Positions 38,557 to 49,681 of a DNA stretch of 64,000 nt are shown in pieces. The notes below the pieces were generated by a model that searched no databases, was not told where the DNA came from, and saw nothing but the letters and a program-made list of their open reading frames with translations. A program made the translations under genes and the position numbers. Where the stretch lies: the IMG/VR virus record IMGVR_UViG_3300027747_002957; one strand, given 5' to 3'. The first letter of the stretch is position 1; the number at the start of each line of letters is the position of its first letter. Origin of the DNA: an uncultured virus (IMG/VR IMGVR_UViG_3300027747_002957) (lineage: Duplodnaviria > Heunggongvirae > Uroviricota > Caudoviricetes).

Positions 38557-39258
38557 TCAGCTGTTGCGCTGCGGGTCAAGCTGCCAAGCCACATAAGGTG
38601 GTGCTCGCCAGGGTATGTTTCGTTCGGTCATCACAGTCTGCAGCACTGCTTCGGGCTTGTCAGCAGCTTCTATCCTCTGTCCCAGATCTCTGATGCTGCC
38701 ATAGTTCCAAGCAGCATGCATCATGTCAGCCGGCGCTATGCCAAACTGATCGCAGATCCACAGATCCTCTGGGGCTATGTGTGGCGCATGCGGCGCCATA
38801 ACTCCTGGCACATGAGGCGCTGTGTAGGCACCCTGATCAAACCACTGAGGTATGTGAGGACCCAGCTGCATCACCAAGTCCGTGCGGGTGTGCACTATCC
38901 AATCATAGCTGTCTGCCATATAGATCAGGTCCAACGCAGTCTTGCTCTGGTAATACATGTTGAACACAGGGCGTATGTCTGCGCCATTGGGCAGCGTCTC
39001 GAGCGCAGTGGCACGAGCTATCTGTGCTTCTGTGGGTTCAGTCTGCATGATCACGTTGTCAAACAGATCCTGACTCAGCAGCTCAGTGGCGCGTTGGTCC
39101 TTCCATGACCGCCATGTGGCCAGATAGGTAGTGACGTCTGCGTTCTGCACTCCTTCAAACTGTGCCATGAACTCTCGCACGCGCTGTGCCGTGCTGGCCA
39201 CGGTGGGACGCACTGGCCCCCTGAACAATACAGCTATCTTTGCCCTGCGCGGTTCCAT
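38557..39258 (-). CDS. hypothetical protein, possibly glycan-synthesis related
   Basis: IAVLFRG..R, RTDL and DQF motifs; similar layout to 61349-62095. Confidence 0.65.
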   Translation of the reverse strand: MEPRRAKIAVLFRGPVRPTVASTAQRVREFMAQFEGVQNADVTTYLATWRSWKDQRATELLSQDLFDNVIMQTEPTEAQIARATALETLPNGADIRPVFNMYYQSKTALDLIYMADSYDWIVHTRTDLVMQLGPHIPQWFDQGAYTAPHVPGVMAPHAPHIAPEDLWICDQFGIAPADMMHAAWNYGSIRDLGQRIEAADKPEAVLQTVMTERNIPWRAPPYVAWQLDPQRNS

Positions 39259-39368
39259 GTTTTTCTCCGAATATTGATCTATATTGCTGCCGTGCAGCCT
39301 AGATCACTAAATAAATTCACTTTAGGACCTGGGTATACAAGTGATCCAGGAGCAGGGGGTTTCATGCA

Positions 39369-39899
39369 GTGTACAACCTACCTCTATCTGGCACAGAGCC
39401 AGCTCCATTCCGACGTGCCACCTTCGTTGACATGCATCATGTGTGGCACATCGTGTACCATGCCTACTCAGCTTATATCCCGCTGCTAGGCCGCACACCA
39501 CCAACGTTTCTCGAGGATTTTGACGGTCACATAGCTGCCAAGAACCTGTGGCTCAGAGACAGCACAGATGGCGTGAATGCCATGGTTGTGTTGACTCCCG
39601 CTGATGATCATCTCATGATACAGGCACTGTGCGTGAATCCTGCCAGCCAAGGGCAGGGACTGGGCCAACAGACCCTGGCATTTGCCGAAAGCCGGGCTCG
39701 CACGCTGGGATTCTCAGAGCTGCGACTCTACACCAACAGCAAGATGTCGCGCAATCTCAAGATTTATAGGCAGTGGGGCTTTCGCGAGACTCATCGCGAA
39801 AGCTATGACTGGGGCAAGCGTGTGCATCTGCGCAAGATGCTCAAGGCTGCGCGAGTGATCAGGATGCGTCGGCCAGCCTTGCTTCCAGTAGCAGCCTAA
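39369..39899 (+). CDS. GNAT acetyltransferase
   Basis: V.PASQGQGLG, LYTN..M.RN..IY...GF. Confidence 0.88.
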   Translation: MYNLPLSGTEPAPFRRATFVDMHHVWHIVYHAYSAYIPLLGRTPPTFLEDFDGHIAAKNLWLRDSTDGVNAMVVLTPADDHLMIQALCVNPASQGQGLGQQTLAFAESRARTLGFSELRLYTNSKMSRNLKIYRQWGFRETHRESYDWGKRVHLRKMLKAARVIRMRRPALLPVAA

Positions 39900-40677
39900 C
39901 ATTTTCTGCTAGATCGCGGTCATAGCCAGCGTCTGTGTCGTTGAGAGCGGGCAGGTTCTTCAGCGCCCAGACCCAGTAATCGTCTGGGATCTCAGTCAGT
40001 GCCACACCGCGATACTTGCCAAAGGGCCAAACTGCGATCTGGATCGTGCTCCAGCACAGTGCATGTAGCTGACTGCCAAGGTCGGCGTCGAGGCTTAGCA
40101 GGTCTTTCTCCACACCAATGCTGATCAAACGTTCCAGCAGCAGCGCACACATCAGCGTATCGGCACCAGCCCTGTGGCTAACATGGCTATCTGGTACAGG
40201 CAGATCCAACAGATATCTGAGATAATTGAGACCGTATTCGATATCTCCAAAGTCGTGACCCAGGATCTGCTTGCTGAGCCGCCATGTGCAGATCCAATCT
40301 GATTGGTCACGCGAGCTAGCCACGTCTGCTGCGCTGCCACAGCGATCCCAAGCTGCAGCCAGCACTGCCTGGTCATAACTGCAGTTGTGTGCTACGAAGT
40401 ACTTGGCTTTATCCCAAGCTAGCATGTCTTTGATTTCTTTGGTGCATTGATCCCAATATGGCTGATCTTGGATCATCCTGGGGCTAATGTTGTTCTTAGC
40501 GCTGGCAGCCGGAGGGATGCCCTGGCGTGCGTTGAACAGCCTGTCTCGGATAACCCAACCATTGCTATCGTCAAACCTGGCACTGGCCAGTTCCACGATC
40601 TCTGCTTGTTCGGCTATGAGATTGGTAGTTTCAGTGTCAAGTACCGTGACTTCAGTGAGGAATTTACGTGTGTTCAT
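39859..40677 (-). CDS. DEDDh 3'-5' exonuclease (ExoX-like)
   Basis: LDTET, VAHN..YD, HRA.AD; C-terminal PFGKY.G. Confidence 0.9.
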   Translation of the reverse strand: MNTRKFLTEVTVLDTETTNLIAEQAEIVELASARFDDSNGWVIRDRLFNARQGIPPAASAKNNISPRMIQDQPYWDQCTKEIKDMLAWDKAKYFVAHNCSYDQAVLAAAWDRCGSAADVASSRDQSDWICTWRLSKQILGHDFGDIEYGLNYLRYLLDLPVPDSHVSHRAGADTLMCALLLERLISIGVEKDLLSLDADLGSQLHALCWSTIQIAVWPFGKYRGVALTEIPDDYWVWALKNLPALNDTDAGYDRDLAENVRLLLEARLADAS

Positions 40678-40715
40678 GCTGTGAATATAGCACGGTTATC
40701 CGGCACTGTCTACCG

Positions 40716-41192
40716 TTATTGTATGAAGAACGTGTATTGGTTGTAGTAGTGGAACTGCAGATAGTAAGCGTTCTGCATGTTGTCTATGTTCTGAACATTC
40801 AACCAGTAGGCAGGGATATCGCCCGTGCCCAGCTGATTCACGTTCAGAGGCATGTGTGCCTGCGCGGGCTTAGCTTGGTCCCTGTTCAGGGTATCTGCGT
40901 AGTAGCACACGGTGCAGCCAAGGCCGTTGAGATTGATGCGGTTGCCTGCCATGCCAGGTGGTATCACGTTGATACCGTTGGGATCTATGCTGAGCCACAT
41001 CAGCATGGTACCCTGCTGCTGGCTCCAGAACGTGCTTTGGTTGCCAGTGACCACGCACTGCTGCCAATCAGGCGCCAGCCTCATGGGCCAACAGTCAGTT
41101 TGGCTGGCTGGTATGGTATATTGGAATGTGGGGCTGTAGTCCTGTCGGATGTTCACGCCCGGCTGTGTGAGAGGTAAGGGATAGTAGACCAT
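40716..41192 (-). CDS. hypothetical (probable virion) protein
   Basis: 158 aa after TAAATA. Confidence 0.7.
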   Translation of the reverse strand: MVYYPLPLTQPGVNIRQDYSPTFQYTIPASQTDCWPMRLAPDWQQCVVTGNQSTFWSQQQGTMLMWLSIDPNGINVIPPGMAGNRINLNGLGCTVCYYADTLNRDQAKPAQAHMPLNVNQLGTGDIPAYWLNVQNIDNMQNAYYLQFHYYNQYTFFIQ

Positions 41193-41233
41193 GCTGATAT
41201 TTATGGGCTAAATATCCAACATCAATCCTGCGA

Positions 41234-42193
41234 GTGCCCATGAGCGTTTATTCATATCCCGTAGTTAACCAACAGGGTCCAACAGGCCCCACAGGTCCCC
41301 TTGGTGGTCCCACAGGTCCTGCTGGCGCGCCCGGCACGGCTGTGAACACTGGCGCTACTGGTCCCACAGGGCAGCAGGGTCCTCAGGGTGTGGCTGGCAC
41401 GGCCACTAACACTGGCGCTACTGGAGCCACAGGACCGCGAGGTGCCACGGGTGCACCTGGTACCGCAACCAACACAGGTGCCATGGGTCCAACTGGGGCA
41501 ACAGGTGGTCCAGGACTGCGCGGACCTACTGGCGCACCCGGATCAGCCACGCTGACCGGCGCTACTGGACCCACGGGTTATACTGGCTACACAGGTCACA
41601 CAGGTCCACAGGGACCAGGCAGCACTGTGAGCGGCCCCACAGGGCATACAGGACCTACTGGACCAGCCAGCATCATCACGGGCCCCACTGGATGGACGGG
41701 CAACACCGGACCTACTGGACCAGCCAGCGCTGTCACGGGTCCAACCGGTCCAGGTGTGGGTTCTACTGGACCCACGGGTGCAACTGGCACCACGGGACCC
41801 ACGGGCAGCAGCTTGCCCAGCATCACCACTGCCAGCGTGACCACCAGCAGCTTGGCCAACGGAGCCAACGCTCACGTGTTTGCCAGCGGTTTCACAGCCT
41901 ATGGCCTGTTGAGCATAGAGACCAGTGCAGCTGCCTGGATCAGGATCTATACCAGCAACGCGGCGGTCACGGCTGACCAATCAAGGACCCAGGGCACAGA
42001 TCCCGCGCCGGGCAGTGGTCTCATAGCCGAAGTGATAAACACAGGAGCCAACACGCAGGTCATATCTCCTGGCAGCCTGGGTTTCAGCAGCGAGATCTCA
42101 CCTGCTACCAACATACCGCTGTCAGTGACCAACAACAGCGGCAGCACGGTGGCCATCACAGTCACTCTCCAGCTCATACAGTTGGCGTCGTGA
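41234..42193 (+). CDS. collagen-like protein
   Basis: GPT/GAT repeats plus C-terminal globular domain. Confidence 0.85.
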   Translation: MPMSVYSYPVVNQQGPTGPTGPLGGPTGPAGAPGTAVNTGATGPTGQQGPQGVAGTATNTGATGATGPRGATGAPGTATNTGAMGPTGATGGPGLRGPTGAPGSATLTGATGPTGYTGYTGHTGPQGPGSTVSGPTGHTGPTGPASIITGPTGWTGNTGPTGPASAVTGPTGPGVGSTGPTGATGTTGPTGSSLPSITTASVTTSSLANGANAHVFASGFTAYGLLSIETSAAAWIRIYTSNAAVTADQSRTQGTDPAPGSGLIAEVINTGANTQVISPGSLGFSSEISPATNIPLSVTNNSGSTVAITVTLQLIQLAS

Positions 42194-42242
42194 TAGACAT
42201 GGTGAGCGCATTGGTATATAATGTGGCGAGGAGCGCGATCAG

Positions 42243-42452
42243 ATGGTAACACCAATCCCAGCCACAGGCACGGCCATCAGGATGGGCGGTGTGTGGGCAG
42301 CATACACAGCGGGTGCGCTACCACCTGGGGGAACCAATGTGAGCCTCAATGCCATGCTGGGTGTCAGCAAGAGCGGGCTGAGAACAGCAGGCCAGATCAC
42401 TCCTTTGAGCGCAACTTTTGGCGGCAGGATAGGACCATTCAACTACGTCTGA
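42243..42452 (+). CDS. small putative virion protein
   Basis: IPATG.AI.M...LSATFGG. Confidence 0.65.
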   Translation: MVTPIPATGTAIRMGGVWAAYTAGALPPGGTNVSLNAMLGVSKSGLRTAGQITPLSATFGGRIGPFNYV

Positions 42453-42499
42453 TATCTTGACTGTGACATGCTCAAGTCCTACACTATGAGATAATCACA

Positions 42500-43168
42500 G
42501 TGGAGATCAGCATGGAAATCGCACGCGCAAGAGACTTGTTGGATCGCATAGCCAGCAGGTCTGACTATGAGTTCCGTAACTTTGAGATGGAAGCACAGGG
42601 CAGCTGGCATCGCCAAGTGCGTTATGCCCTACGGCAGAAGGAGCAGCTCACCGACAGCATAGAAACACTTAACTCTGAGATTGACAGCCTACAGGCTGAG
42701 CTGAGTGCGCAGCAGCGCAAGATCACCGCAGAGATCAACCAGCTGGCACGACAGCGCCGCGACGCGGAACAGCAGCTCAAGCAGGTGGATAGCTGGATCG
42801 ATACCTACGATGACGCAGAATTTGAAGATGCTGTCAGTGGGTTTGAAGGCAGCGAAGGTGACAACTGGAGCGAGGTGCTGGGACGTGAAGTTGGTGTTGA
42901 GCTGCTGAGCGACAAGCAGACCAGCAAGCAGAGCCTGGGACAGCTGAGCTTGTTGCCTCTGGCAGACTACAAGAAGAGCGTGATCATCACCAACCAGTTT
43001 GCTACCTTCCTCAAGAAGACCGCTGAACAGGCAGAGCACAGCGCTGGCATCAACAGGCCCAATACCCTGCCGACTGCTGCTCCTGTGGCAGAACCAGCAG
43101 ACGACCCTGTGGTCGAGACCAAGGCAGCACCAGCCAAGACCGTGGCCAAGAAGACCAAGCGCAGCTGA
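42500..43168 (+). CDS. coiled-coil hypothetical protein
   Basis: 222 aa; TTGACT-N17-TACACT promoter just upstream. Confidence 0.75.
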   Translation: MEISMEIARARDLLDRIASRSDYEFRNFEMEAQGSWHRQVRYALRQKEQLTDSIETLNSEIDSLQAELSAQQRKITAEINQLARQRRDAEQQLKQVDSWIDTYDDAEFEDAVSGFEGSEGDNWSEVLGREVGVELLSDKQTSKQSLGQLSLLPLADYKKSVIITNQFATFLKKTAEQAEHSAGINRPNTLPTAAPVAEPADDPVVETKAAPAKTVAKKTKRS

Positions 43169-43170
43169 CG

Positions 43171-43830
43171 ATGAGCAGCATGATTCGCCGTGCTCGTGCT
43201 CGCACCAGCCAGGTCAGCATCTGTGTGCCCTGCCGTGACAGCGTGCACGCAGCCTTTGCCTTTGATCTGGCCAAGCTGCTGCAGCACTGTGCCATGGCAG
43301 GCCTGGAGGTGCTACCACATTTCCACATAGGCACGCTGATAGTGAACCAACGTGAGCAGCTGGTCAACATGGCCCTTGAAGCTGGCAGCAGCCACGTGCT
43401 GTGGCTAGACAGCGACATGATGTTCCCACCTGACACTGTGCAGCGTCTGCTGGCACATGATCTAGCCTTGGTAGCGGGCAACTACGTGACCAGGCAGTAT
43501 CCACACAAGACCGTGGCCTACACTCAGCTGAACGATTGGACCAGCTATGTGATCAACGATGGCACAGAACCAGACCTCACGGCAGTGCAGGGCGTGGGCA
43601 TGGGCTGCATGCTGGTAACCACTGATCTGCTGCGTGAAATGGCTGCGCCCAGGTTCCAGACAGTCTGGGTCCCAGAGTCAAGTGACCACATGGGCGAGGA
43701 CTTTTATTTCTGTTCACAGGCTCGCCAGCTAGGACACGAGATATGGATCGATAATCTGCTTAGCAGGGATCTGCAGCATCTGGGAACCGTGGCTTTCAAT
43801 CACAGCATGGTGAGGTCAGGGCTGCTGTGA
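43171..43830 (+). CDS. GT-A (GT2-like) glycosyltransferase
   Basis: WLDSD (DxD), G.GMGCML, GEDFYFC, HLG. Confidence 0.82.
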   Translation: MSSMIRRARARTSQVSICVPCRDSVHAAFAFDLAKLLQHCAMAGLEVLPHFHIGTLIVNQREQLVNMALEAGSSHVLWLDSDMMFPPDTVQRLLAHDLALVAGNYVTRQYPHKTVAYTQLNDWTSYVINDGTEPDLTAVQGVGMGCMLVTTDLLREMAAPRFQTVWVPESSDHMGEDFYFCSQARQLGHEIWIDNLLSRDLQHLGTVAFNHSMVRSGLL

Positions 43831-43857
43831 CCGTTAAATAGTGGCACAGGAGCACGC

Positions 43858-44223
43858 ATGACCTTCCAGATATTCTCAGAGCTGAAACCCACGCAGTATG
43901 TCACAGTGCTCATGTACACGGCTCCTGGTGGCAGCAACAGCGGTGCACAGGGCAGCTTGCTGATAGTGAACCAAGGCAATCCAGAAGTCAACAGTGGCAA
44001 CATTGACTTGGATCTTGGCCGAGACAGTGACTACATCAGGGTGGGAATTAGCAACAGCTTGGTGCTATCAGATGATGGATTCATAGCCTATGACACCATG
44101 GTCCCGCCAAATCACATGACACAGCTGCAGGGACTGTGTTTGTCCAGCGGCAGCTGTCTTTTCGTGTACAGCCAAAAGGGCCAAACCAGCTTTGTGTACA
44201 CTGGTACTACTGTTCCTGCCTAG
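43858..44223 (+). CDS. hypothetical (probable virion) protein
   Basis: AGGAG RBS and TAAATA upstream. Confidence 0.72.
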   Translation: MTFQIFSELKPTQYVTVLMYTAPGGSNSGAQGSLLIVNQGNPEVNSGNIDLDLGRDSDYIRVGISNSLVLSDDGFIAYDTMVPPNHMTQLQGLCLSSGSCLFVYSQKGQTSFVYTGTTVPA

Positions 44224-44438
44224 CTGACTTCCTTGCCATCGCTGTAGAACTCCAACAGGCCAAGGCGCAGCACGAATGGGCTGCGTTTATTTCGTCTCCT
44301 CATGTGCATCACGTAGCCAGTGGGCATCTCCACTTCCATCTCAGCGTCTTGCTTGCGTATGATCACACCCTTGACCCTGCGTTCCGTGTCGCTGCACTCT
44401 ATGTAAACCCTGTTCTTTGGCGGTTTTTCCTTGAGCAT
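44220..44438 (-). CDS. small hypothetical protein
   Basis: 72 aa, AAGGGA RBS. Confidence 0.7.
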   Translation of the reverse strand: MLKEKPPKNRVYIECSDTERRVKGVIIRKQDAEMEVEMPTGYVMHMRRRNKRSPFVLRLGLLEFYSDGKEVS

Positions 44439-44476
44439 CTGTGATCCCTTCTGCGAGCAGTGTGTGATCTCTGTTA

Positions 44477-46534
44477 TCAGAACCGCAAGTTATATCGCAG
44501 CATAGCCACGCCCTGCGTGCCAGCCTTGGCATCACCGTCCGGCTGCAGCCTCAGTCCCGCAGCTACCGTGAGCTTGCTGCGCTCGCTGAAGCTGTTGGTC
44601 CAGTAGGCCTGTAGATCCGTTTCCGTGCCAGTACCCACCAAGCTTATCCGCTGTGGTTGATAGCTGATGTTGCCATCAAAGTCACGGCTCACTGGCAAGC
44701 TGAGATTGGCCGAACCACTGATGCTGTGGTTTGGCAAGCTGGCCACGAGACCCAGCCTGTCTGACTCTGCGAACACACCCACCTTGCTGATGCCCAGCGC
44801 AGCACTGGCCAGCACCACTGGTTCCGTGCCACTGACCAATTGGTTCACGCCCGCCAGCTTGCTGATGCCAAGGCTACCGCTGGCATCCAGCTGATAGCCT
44901 GATCCCAGCTGCCATGCATGGCCCAGGCTAGCAAATGCCGTGTCGGCACCAGTGGCCAAGCTGCTACCCACAGCAGCCTGCTGCCCATAGAGGCTGTTTT
45001 CTTCGTGCACCATGCCCAGCTGCAGATCTCGCCACTGATAGAACGCACCCATGATCCTGGGCTGTGACAGCTGTTGCGGCGTCAGCAGTGGATCTGTGCT
45101 GTCAGGTGTTTGGTGTTGGCTGTACCATACCGTAACACCCTGGCTGCTGATCAGCAGCTTTTGGTCCTGACCCATGCTGAGGTAAGGGTTACCAAGGCCC
45201 GGCAATGGCGTGACTGGAGCCAATCCCTGCGCGGCATTGGCATCATCCACCAAGCCTACCTTGAAGCCTGCGGCTTCTTGGACCAGGCTTTCCTGTCCAA
45301 ACCTGGACAGCTGCGCTGTGAGATCCACTGTGCTTCTGCTGCTGGTCATCACGCTGTTGAGACCTAGGCTATAGGCGCGTCCATAGTCGTCCAGCACCAT
45401 CATGCCATTGCCCAGGGTGTCAACGTGACCAAATGTCGAGGGCAGGCTGAGCCCGCCTAGGGCCAGAGGTATGCTGCTGCTTTTCACGTCCGAGCCAGTG
45501 GGTATGACCACGGCACCCTGCGGTGCGGTGGCAGCAGCAAGATTGATCATGCCCTGCCCGTATATGGCAGAGTTGGCATAGATTCCTGTCTTGTTGGCGG
45601 TGCGCAGCAGCAGGCTGGTGATCTGCTGTCCAGTGAGATAGGGCCACTGCTGAATCAGCAGCGCGATACCACCGCTGACGATCGGCGCAGCAAAGCTGGT
45701 GCCGCTGCCCAGGGCCAGCTGGTTACCATAGAGGCCCACGATGTTTGAACCCGGGGCTGTGAGGCAATAGCTGGCTGCTATACCGCATCTGTTGCTCCAG
45801 CTGGCTATGGCGCCGTTGGTGTCAGCAGCTGCTACCACGATCCAGCTGCCCAACAGCTTGCTGTTGATGCTGGGCAGGGTAGCATAGTAGTCTGGGCTGC
45901 TGGTACCGTAGTTGCCTGCGGCAAACACGTTTACCACGCCTCGGGCCGAGGCTTTCTCGTAGGCACTGATGGTCGCTGCGTTCTCTTTGAGCACAGCAGC
46001 AGTGCTGACCTGGCTCATCATGAGGTTGGTGCCCCAGCTGTTGTTGAACACCCGGGCACCGTTGTTGGCAGCATAGTTGATGCCCGCTGCCAGCTGGCCA
46101 TCTGTCCAGCTGCCCTGACCCGAGCTGTTCATGACCTGTATGGGCAGTATCTTGGCGCTGCTGGCCACGCCATACATGGTCATTGCAGTGCCCTGTGTTT
46201 GAGTGTTGGCAGCTATGAGGCTGCTGACGAAGGTGCCGTGACCATTGCCGTCAGTGGTAACGCTACCACCAGTGTAGATGTTGTAGCCTGGCCCTGCGAT
46301 GTTGCCCGAGAACTTGTAGCTGCTGGCGTTGATGCCCGTGTCAAACACGCCCACGGTCACGCCGCGTCCCGTGAGACCTCGCCCAATAGCCGTCTGCAGG
46401 TTGATGAACGGGTAAGCCCAGCTCACATAGTTCTGTCCGATGGGCACATAGTAGGCACCGAGGGTCTGTGTGTCGGCCCAGCTCTGGACAGCGCTGAGAG
46501 CCAGAAATGCGCAGGATATCAGCATCTTCTTCAT
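44477..46534 (-). CDS. secreted S8 subtilase with C-terminal beta-barrel-like domain
   Basis: Signal peptide; FDTG, HGT, FAAGN, GTSFAAP; terminal Phe. Confidence 0.9.
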   Translation of the reverse strand: MKKMLISCAFLALSAVQSWADTQTLGAYYVPIGQNYVSWAYPFINLQTAIGRGLTGRGVTVGVFDTGINASSYKFSGNIAGPGYNIYTGGSVTTDGNGHGTFVSSLIAANTQTQGTAMTMYGVASSAKILPIQVMNSSGQGSWTDGQLAAGINYAANNGARVFNNSWGTNLMMSQVSTAAVLKENAATISAYEKASARGVVNVFAAGNYGTSSPDYYATLPSINSKLLGSWIVVAAADTNGAIASWSNRCGIAASYCLTAPGSNIVGLYGNQLALGSGTSFAAPIVSGGIALLIQQWPYLTGQQITSLLLRTANKTGIYANSAIYGQGMINLAAATAPQGAVVIPTGSDVKSSSIPLALGGLSLPSTFGHVDTLGNGMMVLDDYGRAYSLGLNSVMTSSRSTVDLTAQLSRFGQESLVQEAAGFKVGLVDDANAAQGLAPVTPLPGLGNPYLSMGQDQKLLISSQGVTVWYSQHQTPDSTDPLLTPQQLSQPRIMGAFYQWRDLQLGMVHEENSLYGQQAAVGSSLATGADTAFASLGHAWQLGSGYQLDASGSLGISKLAGVNQLVSGTEPVVLASAALGISKVGVFAESDRLGLVASLPNHSISGSANLSLPVSRDFDGNISYQPQRISLVGTGTETDLQAYWTNSFSERSKLTVAAGLRLQPDGDAKAGTQGVAMLRYNLRF

Positions 46535-46612
46535 GGCAGGACTCCTTTCCATTACAGCAATACTAACACAGATCTGTGCTTTCACAAGCGAAAAGATCGG
46601 CTAAATAAGCAC

Positions 46613-47155
46613 ATGAAACTCCAAGATCTCGCCGAATCCAAGCAAAAAGAACAGCTAGAGCTGATAAAATTGCCCTATGCCATGAGCGCACTTGAACCCA
46701 TCATGGAGCGCAAGGTGGTGGAATTCCACTACAGCGTGCTCAGCAAGGGCTATGTGGATCGCTACAACCGGGGCGAGGGCGATCCAGGATTCAACAGGGC
46801 AGGAGCGCTGCTGCACAACCTCTGGTGGCCACAGCTGATGGCACCCAAGCTCAACAACAGGCCTCGAGGCGCTGTCGCTGATCTCATGGAAAAGACACAG
46901 GGGGGCTGGGATGAGTTCAAGGAAACGTTTACCAAAACCGCGCTTGACCTTCAGGGCAGCGGTTGGTGCTACATGGCCAAGAATGGTGAGATCAAGACGC
47001 TGAAGAACCAAAGCTGGCGATCAGACGTGGTCATGCCCATTGACCTCTGGGAGCACAGCTACACTCCATTCACGCTGCGCAAGGACTATCTCAAGACCAT
47101 ATGGCGCATCATTGACTGGAACGTGATCAATCATCGCCTGTCTGCCAGCACGTAG
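46613..47155 (+). CDS. Fe/Mn superoxide dismutase
   Basis: LPY...ALEP, HNLWW, QGSGW, DLWEHSY. Confidence 0.88.
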   Translation: MKLQDLAESKQKEQLELIKLPYAMSALEPIMERKVVEFHYSVLSKGYVDRYNRGEGDPGFNRAGALLHNLWWPQLMAPKLNNRPRGAVADLMEKTQGGWDEFKETFTKTALDLQGSGWCYMAKNGEIKTLKNQSWRSDVVMPIDLWEHSYTPFTLRKDYLKTIWRIIDWNVINHRLSAST

Positions 47156-47856
47156 TCCCTGCCCGACACAGTCATGGGCACTGGGGCTCTGTGAGATTCG
47201 AACCAATCCCAGCCACGCTTGAGCTCTAACCAAAATGCCAGATTGTGATCATGTGTCAGACCCAGCATGCGCCAGTCAGTCATCCTGAAAGGGTAGATCT
47301 GCAGCTGCACTGACTGCTGTCCATAGCGTGCGCTATCACGCACAGCAGCATAGATCTCTTCCATGCTGGCATCTGTCATGGCATAGCAGCCTGCGCTGCT
47401 GCAGCCTCCGTGTATCATCACGTCACTGCCAGTGTAGCCCCAGTTGCGATCAAACTGGTTGGGATAACCAGTGTTGATGCTGAGATGCTCGCGGCTGTGT
47501 GGGTTCAAGCTGCTCACAGTGATGCTGTAGAAGCCTTCTGGTGCCTGTCGATCTCCCTGGCGCCGCTTGGGACCCAGACCACCGCTGAACCTGCAGATGG
47601 GATAGGTCTTGGCAAGTATCCATGCACCATCTCGCTGCTGTCGCCACAGTTCCAGCTCGTGGTCTTCCTTGATTATGCGCAGCAGCACTGCCCCCTGTGC
47701 GTCCACGCCCTCGGGCTGAGTGTTGATGCTCTGCTGCACGGTTCCTCGCCGAGGATCATGCCGATCAAACTGCTGGACCTCGGGTACAGTGCTGAGGCTG
47801 GCACAGCCACCGAGCAGCGTGGTTAACAGGACCACCCCTGCCTGCCGCGCGTTCAT
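47131..47856 (-). CDS. L,D-transpeptidase-family lipoprotein (YafK/DpaA-like)
   Basis: Lipobox [23 protein letters not shown]. Confidence 0.88.
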   Translation of the reverse strand: MNARQAGVVLLTTLLGGCASLSTVPEVQQFDRHDPRRGTVQQSINTQPEGVDAQGAVLLRIIKEDHELELWRQQRDGAWILAKTYPICRFSGGLGPKRRQGDRQAPEGFYSITVSSLNPHSREHLSINTGYPNQFDRNWGYTGSDVMIHGGCSSAGCYAMTDASMEEIYAAVRDSARYGQQSVQLQIYPFRMTDWRMLGLTHDHNLAFWLELKRGWDWFESHRAPVPMTVSGRDYVLADRR

Positions 47857-49322
47857 TGGTCCAAGATCGCTGACAGGATGTCCTTGGCACGCTGTGGGTT
47901 CTTGAGACGCTCCAAGGCTTTGTTTTCAATCTGGCGCACGCGCTCACGAGTGACGTTGAAGCGATTGCCGATCTCTTCCAAGGTATACTCTCGCATGGTA
48001 CCGATGCCGAAGCGCATGCGCAGCACGCGCTCTTCTCTGCTGCTCAGTCCTTCCAACACACCGCCTATTACCTCGGTGATCTCTGCCTTGGCGATCTGCT
48101 CAAACGCATTCTCAGATTCCGTGTCTTGGATGAGATTGCCCAGCTTGCCCTCTTCTTCGTCGCCCACGGGCGTCTCCAAGCTGATTGGATCCTTGGCCAC
48201 TCGCAGCGTGCGATTGATCTTTTCCACGTCACAGTTCAGCATCTTGGCCAGCTCTTCCACGCTGGGTTCATGTCCCGTGACAAACAGATGTTCCTTGGTG
48301 GCTTTCTGTATCTTTTTCAGCGTGTCCAACACGTGGCTGGGGATGCGGATGGTGCGATTGCTTTCAGTGGCTGCCTTGATGATGGCCTGTCGGATCCACC
48401 ATGTGGCGTAAGTTGAGAACCTATAGCCCAGCTGCCACTTGAACTTCTCCACGGCCTTGAGCAGGCCGATATTGCCCTCTTGGATGAGGTCCAGCAGCTG
48501 CCCACCGTTATAGCTGTTTTGGTTGTACTTCTTGGCCACTGAGATCACCAAGCGCAGGTTGGCCTTGGCCATGGCTGCGATGGCATCGTCCTTGACCTTG
48601 CTCTGATGGCGCAGCACTCGCACTGCGGTGCGCAGCTCGCCCACTGGCAATCCAGCAGCGTCTGCCTGTTCCTGCATCATGCCCACCCAGTGTCCGATCT
48701 CGTTGGCTTTCTGCTTGAGCTTGTCCCACTTCTTGCCCTTGGTATCCTGCAGCCATGTCATGTGCTCATGGCCCACATAGCGTTCCAAGAAGTCATTGCG
48801 ATCGATGCCACAGTCCAGCGCTAGCCGCATTAGCGCACCATCGCCCTCCAGCAGCTTTTTATTGGTTCCCTGCAGGCGCTCCATGATCATGCCGATGCTG
48901 GCAGGCAAGAGATTCAGCTCATTGAACGCGGCAATCAGCTCGTCCTTGGCAGCTTTCTTGCTGGTATCGCTGAGATAGCTGGCACAGAGATCGCGCACGC
49001 CGGTCAGCTGTGTGTTGAGCTCTTCGCTGAGCGCGCCATCTTCGTCGCCTTCAAGATCAAACACCGTGTCAACGGCTCTGGTGCCATGCTGTATGTCAGC
49101 GATCCAACCGTCGATGGTCTGCACAGTCATGGGCACAGCAAACAGCGTGTCCATGATCAGCTGCTTGCTGCTTTCGATGGTCTTGCTGAACTCGATTTCC
49201 TTGGCATGGTTCAGCAGTGGTGTCTTGCCCACTTCCCTTAGATACAAGCGCACGGGATCGCTGCTGGTGCTCTCGCTGCTTTCTCGTGACTTAGCGACCT
49301 TCTTGCTGGGCTGTTTAACCAT
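47853..49322 (-). CDS. rpoD: RpoD-like sigma70 factor (lacking region 1.1)
   Basis: [52 protein letters not shown]. Confidence 0.93.
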   Translation of the reverse strand: MVKQPSKKVAKSRESSESTSSDPVRLYLREVGKTPLLNHAKEIEFSKTIESSKQLIMDTLFAVPMTVQTIDGWIADIQHGTRAVDTVFDLEGDEDGALSEELNTQLTGVRDLCASYLSDTSKKAAKDELIAAFNELNLLPASIGMIMERLQGTNKKLLEGDGALMRLALDCGIDRNDFLERYVGHEHMTWLQDTKGKKWDKLKQKANEIGHWVGMMQEQADAAGLPVGELRTAVRVLRHQSKVKDDAIAAMAKANLRLVISVAKKYNQNSYNGGQLLDLIQEGNIGLLKAVEKFKWQLGYRFSTYATWWIRQAIIKAATESNRTIRIPSHVLDTLKKIQKATKEHLFVTGHEPSVEELAKMLNCDVEKINRTLRVAKDPISLETPVGDEEEGKLGNLIQDTESENAFEQIAKAEITEVIGGVLEGLSSREERVLRMRFGIGTMREYTLEEIGNRFNVTRERVRQIENKALERLKNPQRAKDILSAILDQ

Positions 49323-49408
49323 GTGATGCCTGCTCCTGTGTGCGTGATGGTGGTCGTGCTAGCAACCAAGCTAGCATGATCTGTGTGGCCTGTCAAGTGG
49401 ATTTGTGT

Positions 49409-49567
49409 CTAGCCGCCCCTGGGACCAGCTTTGCGGATGACGTTCTTGGGTGCGTTGTAGCTGTTTTGCTTGTGCGAGTTCTTGAAATCGCTGCGCAAAT
49501 TCTTGGGATCTGGCTTGTTTATCTTGGGTAATATGATAGTGGTTTTTGGTTTTTTACCATCCGTCAT
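49409..49567 (-). CDS. small basic protein
   Basis: 52 aa, GGAGA RBS. Confidence 0.55.
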   Translation of the reverse strand: MTDGKKPKTTIILPKINKPDPKNLRSDFKNSHKQNSYNAPKNVIRKAGPRGG

Positions 49568-49681
49568 CTGTCTCTCCGCTGCACCGTTACCTCTATTATA
49601 TAGCGGCGTGATCTGTGGTTTACAACGAGCCCAATCAAAAATATAATGGAATCTCCGCACTGGCCTAAGGTTAAATATCTG

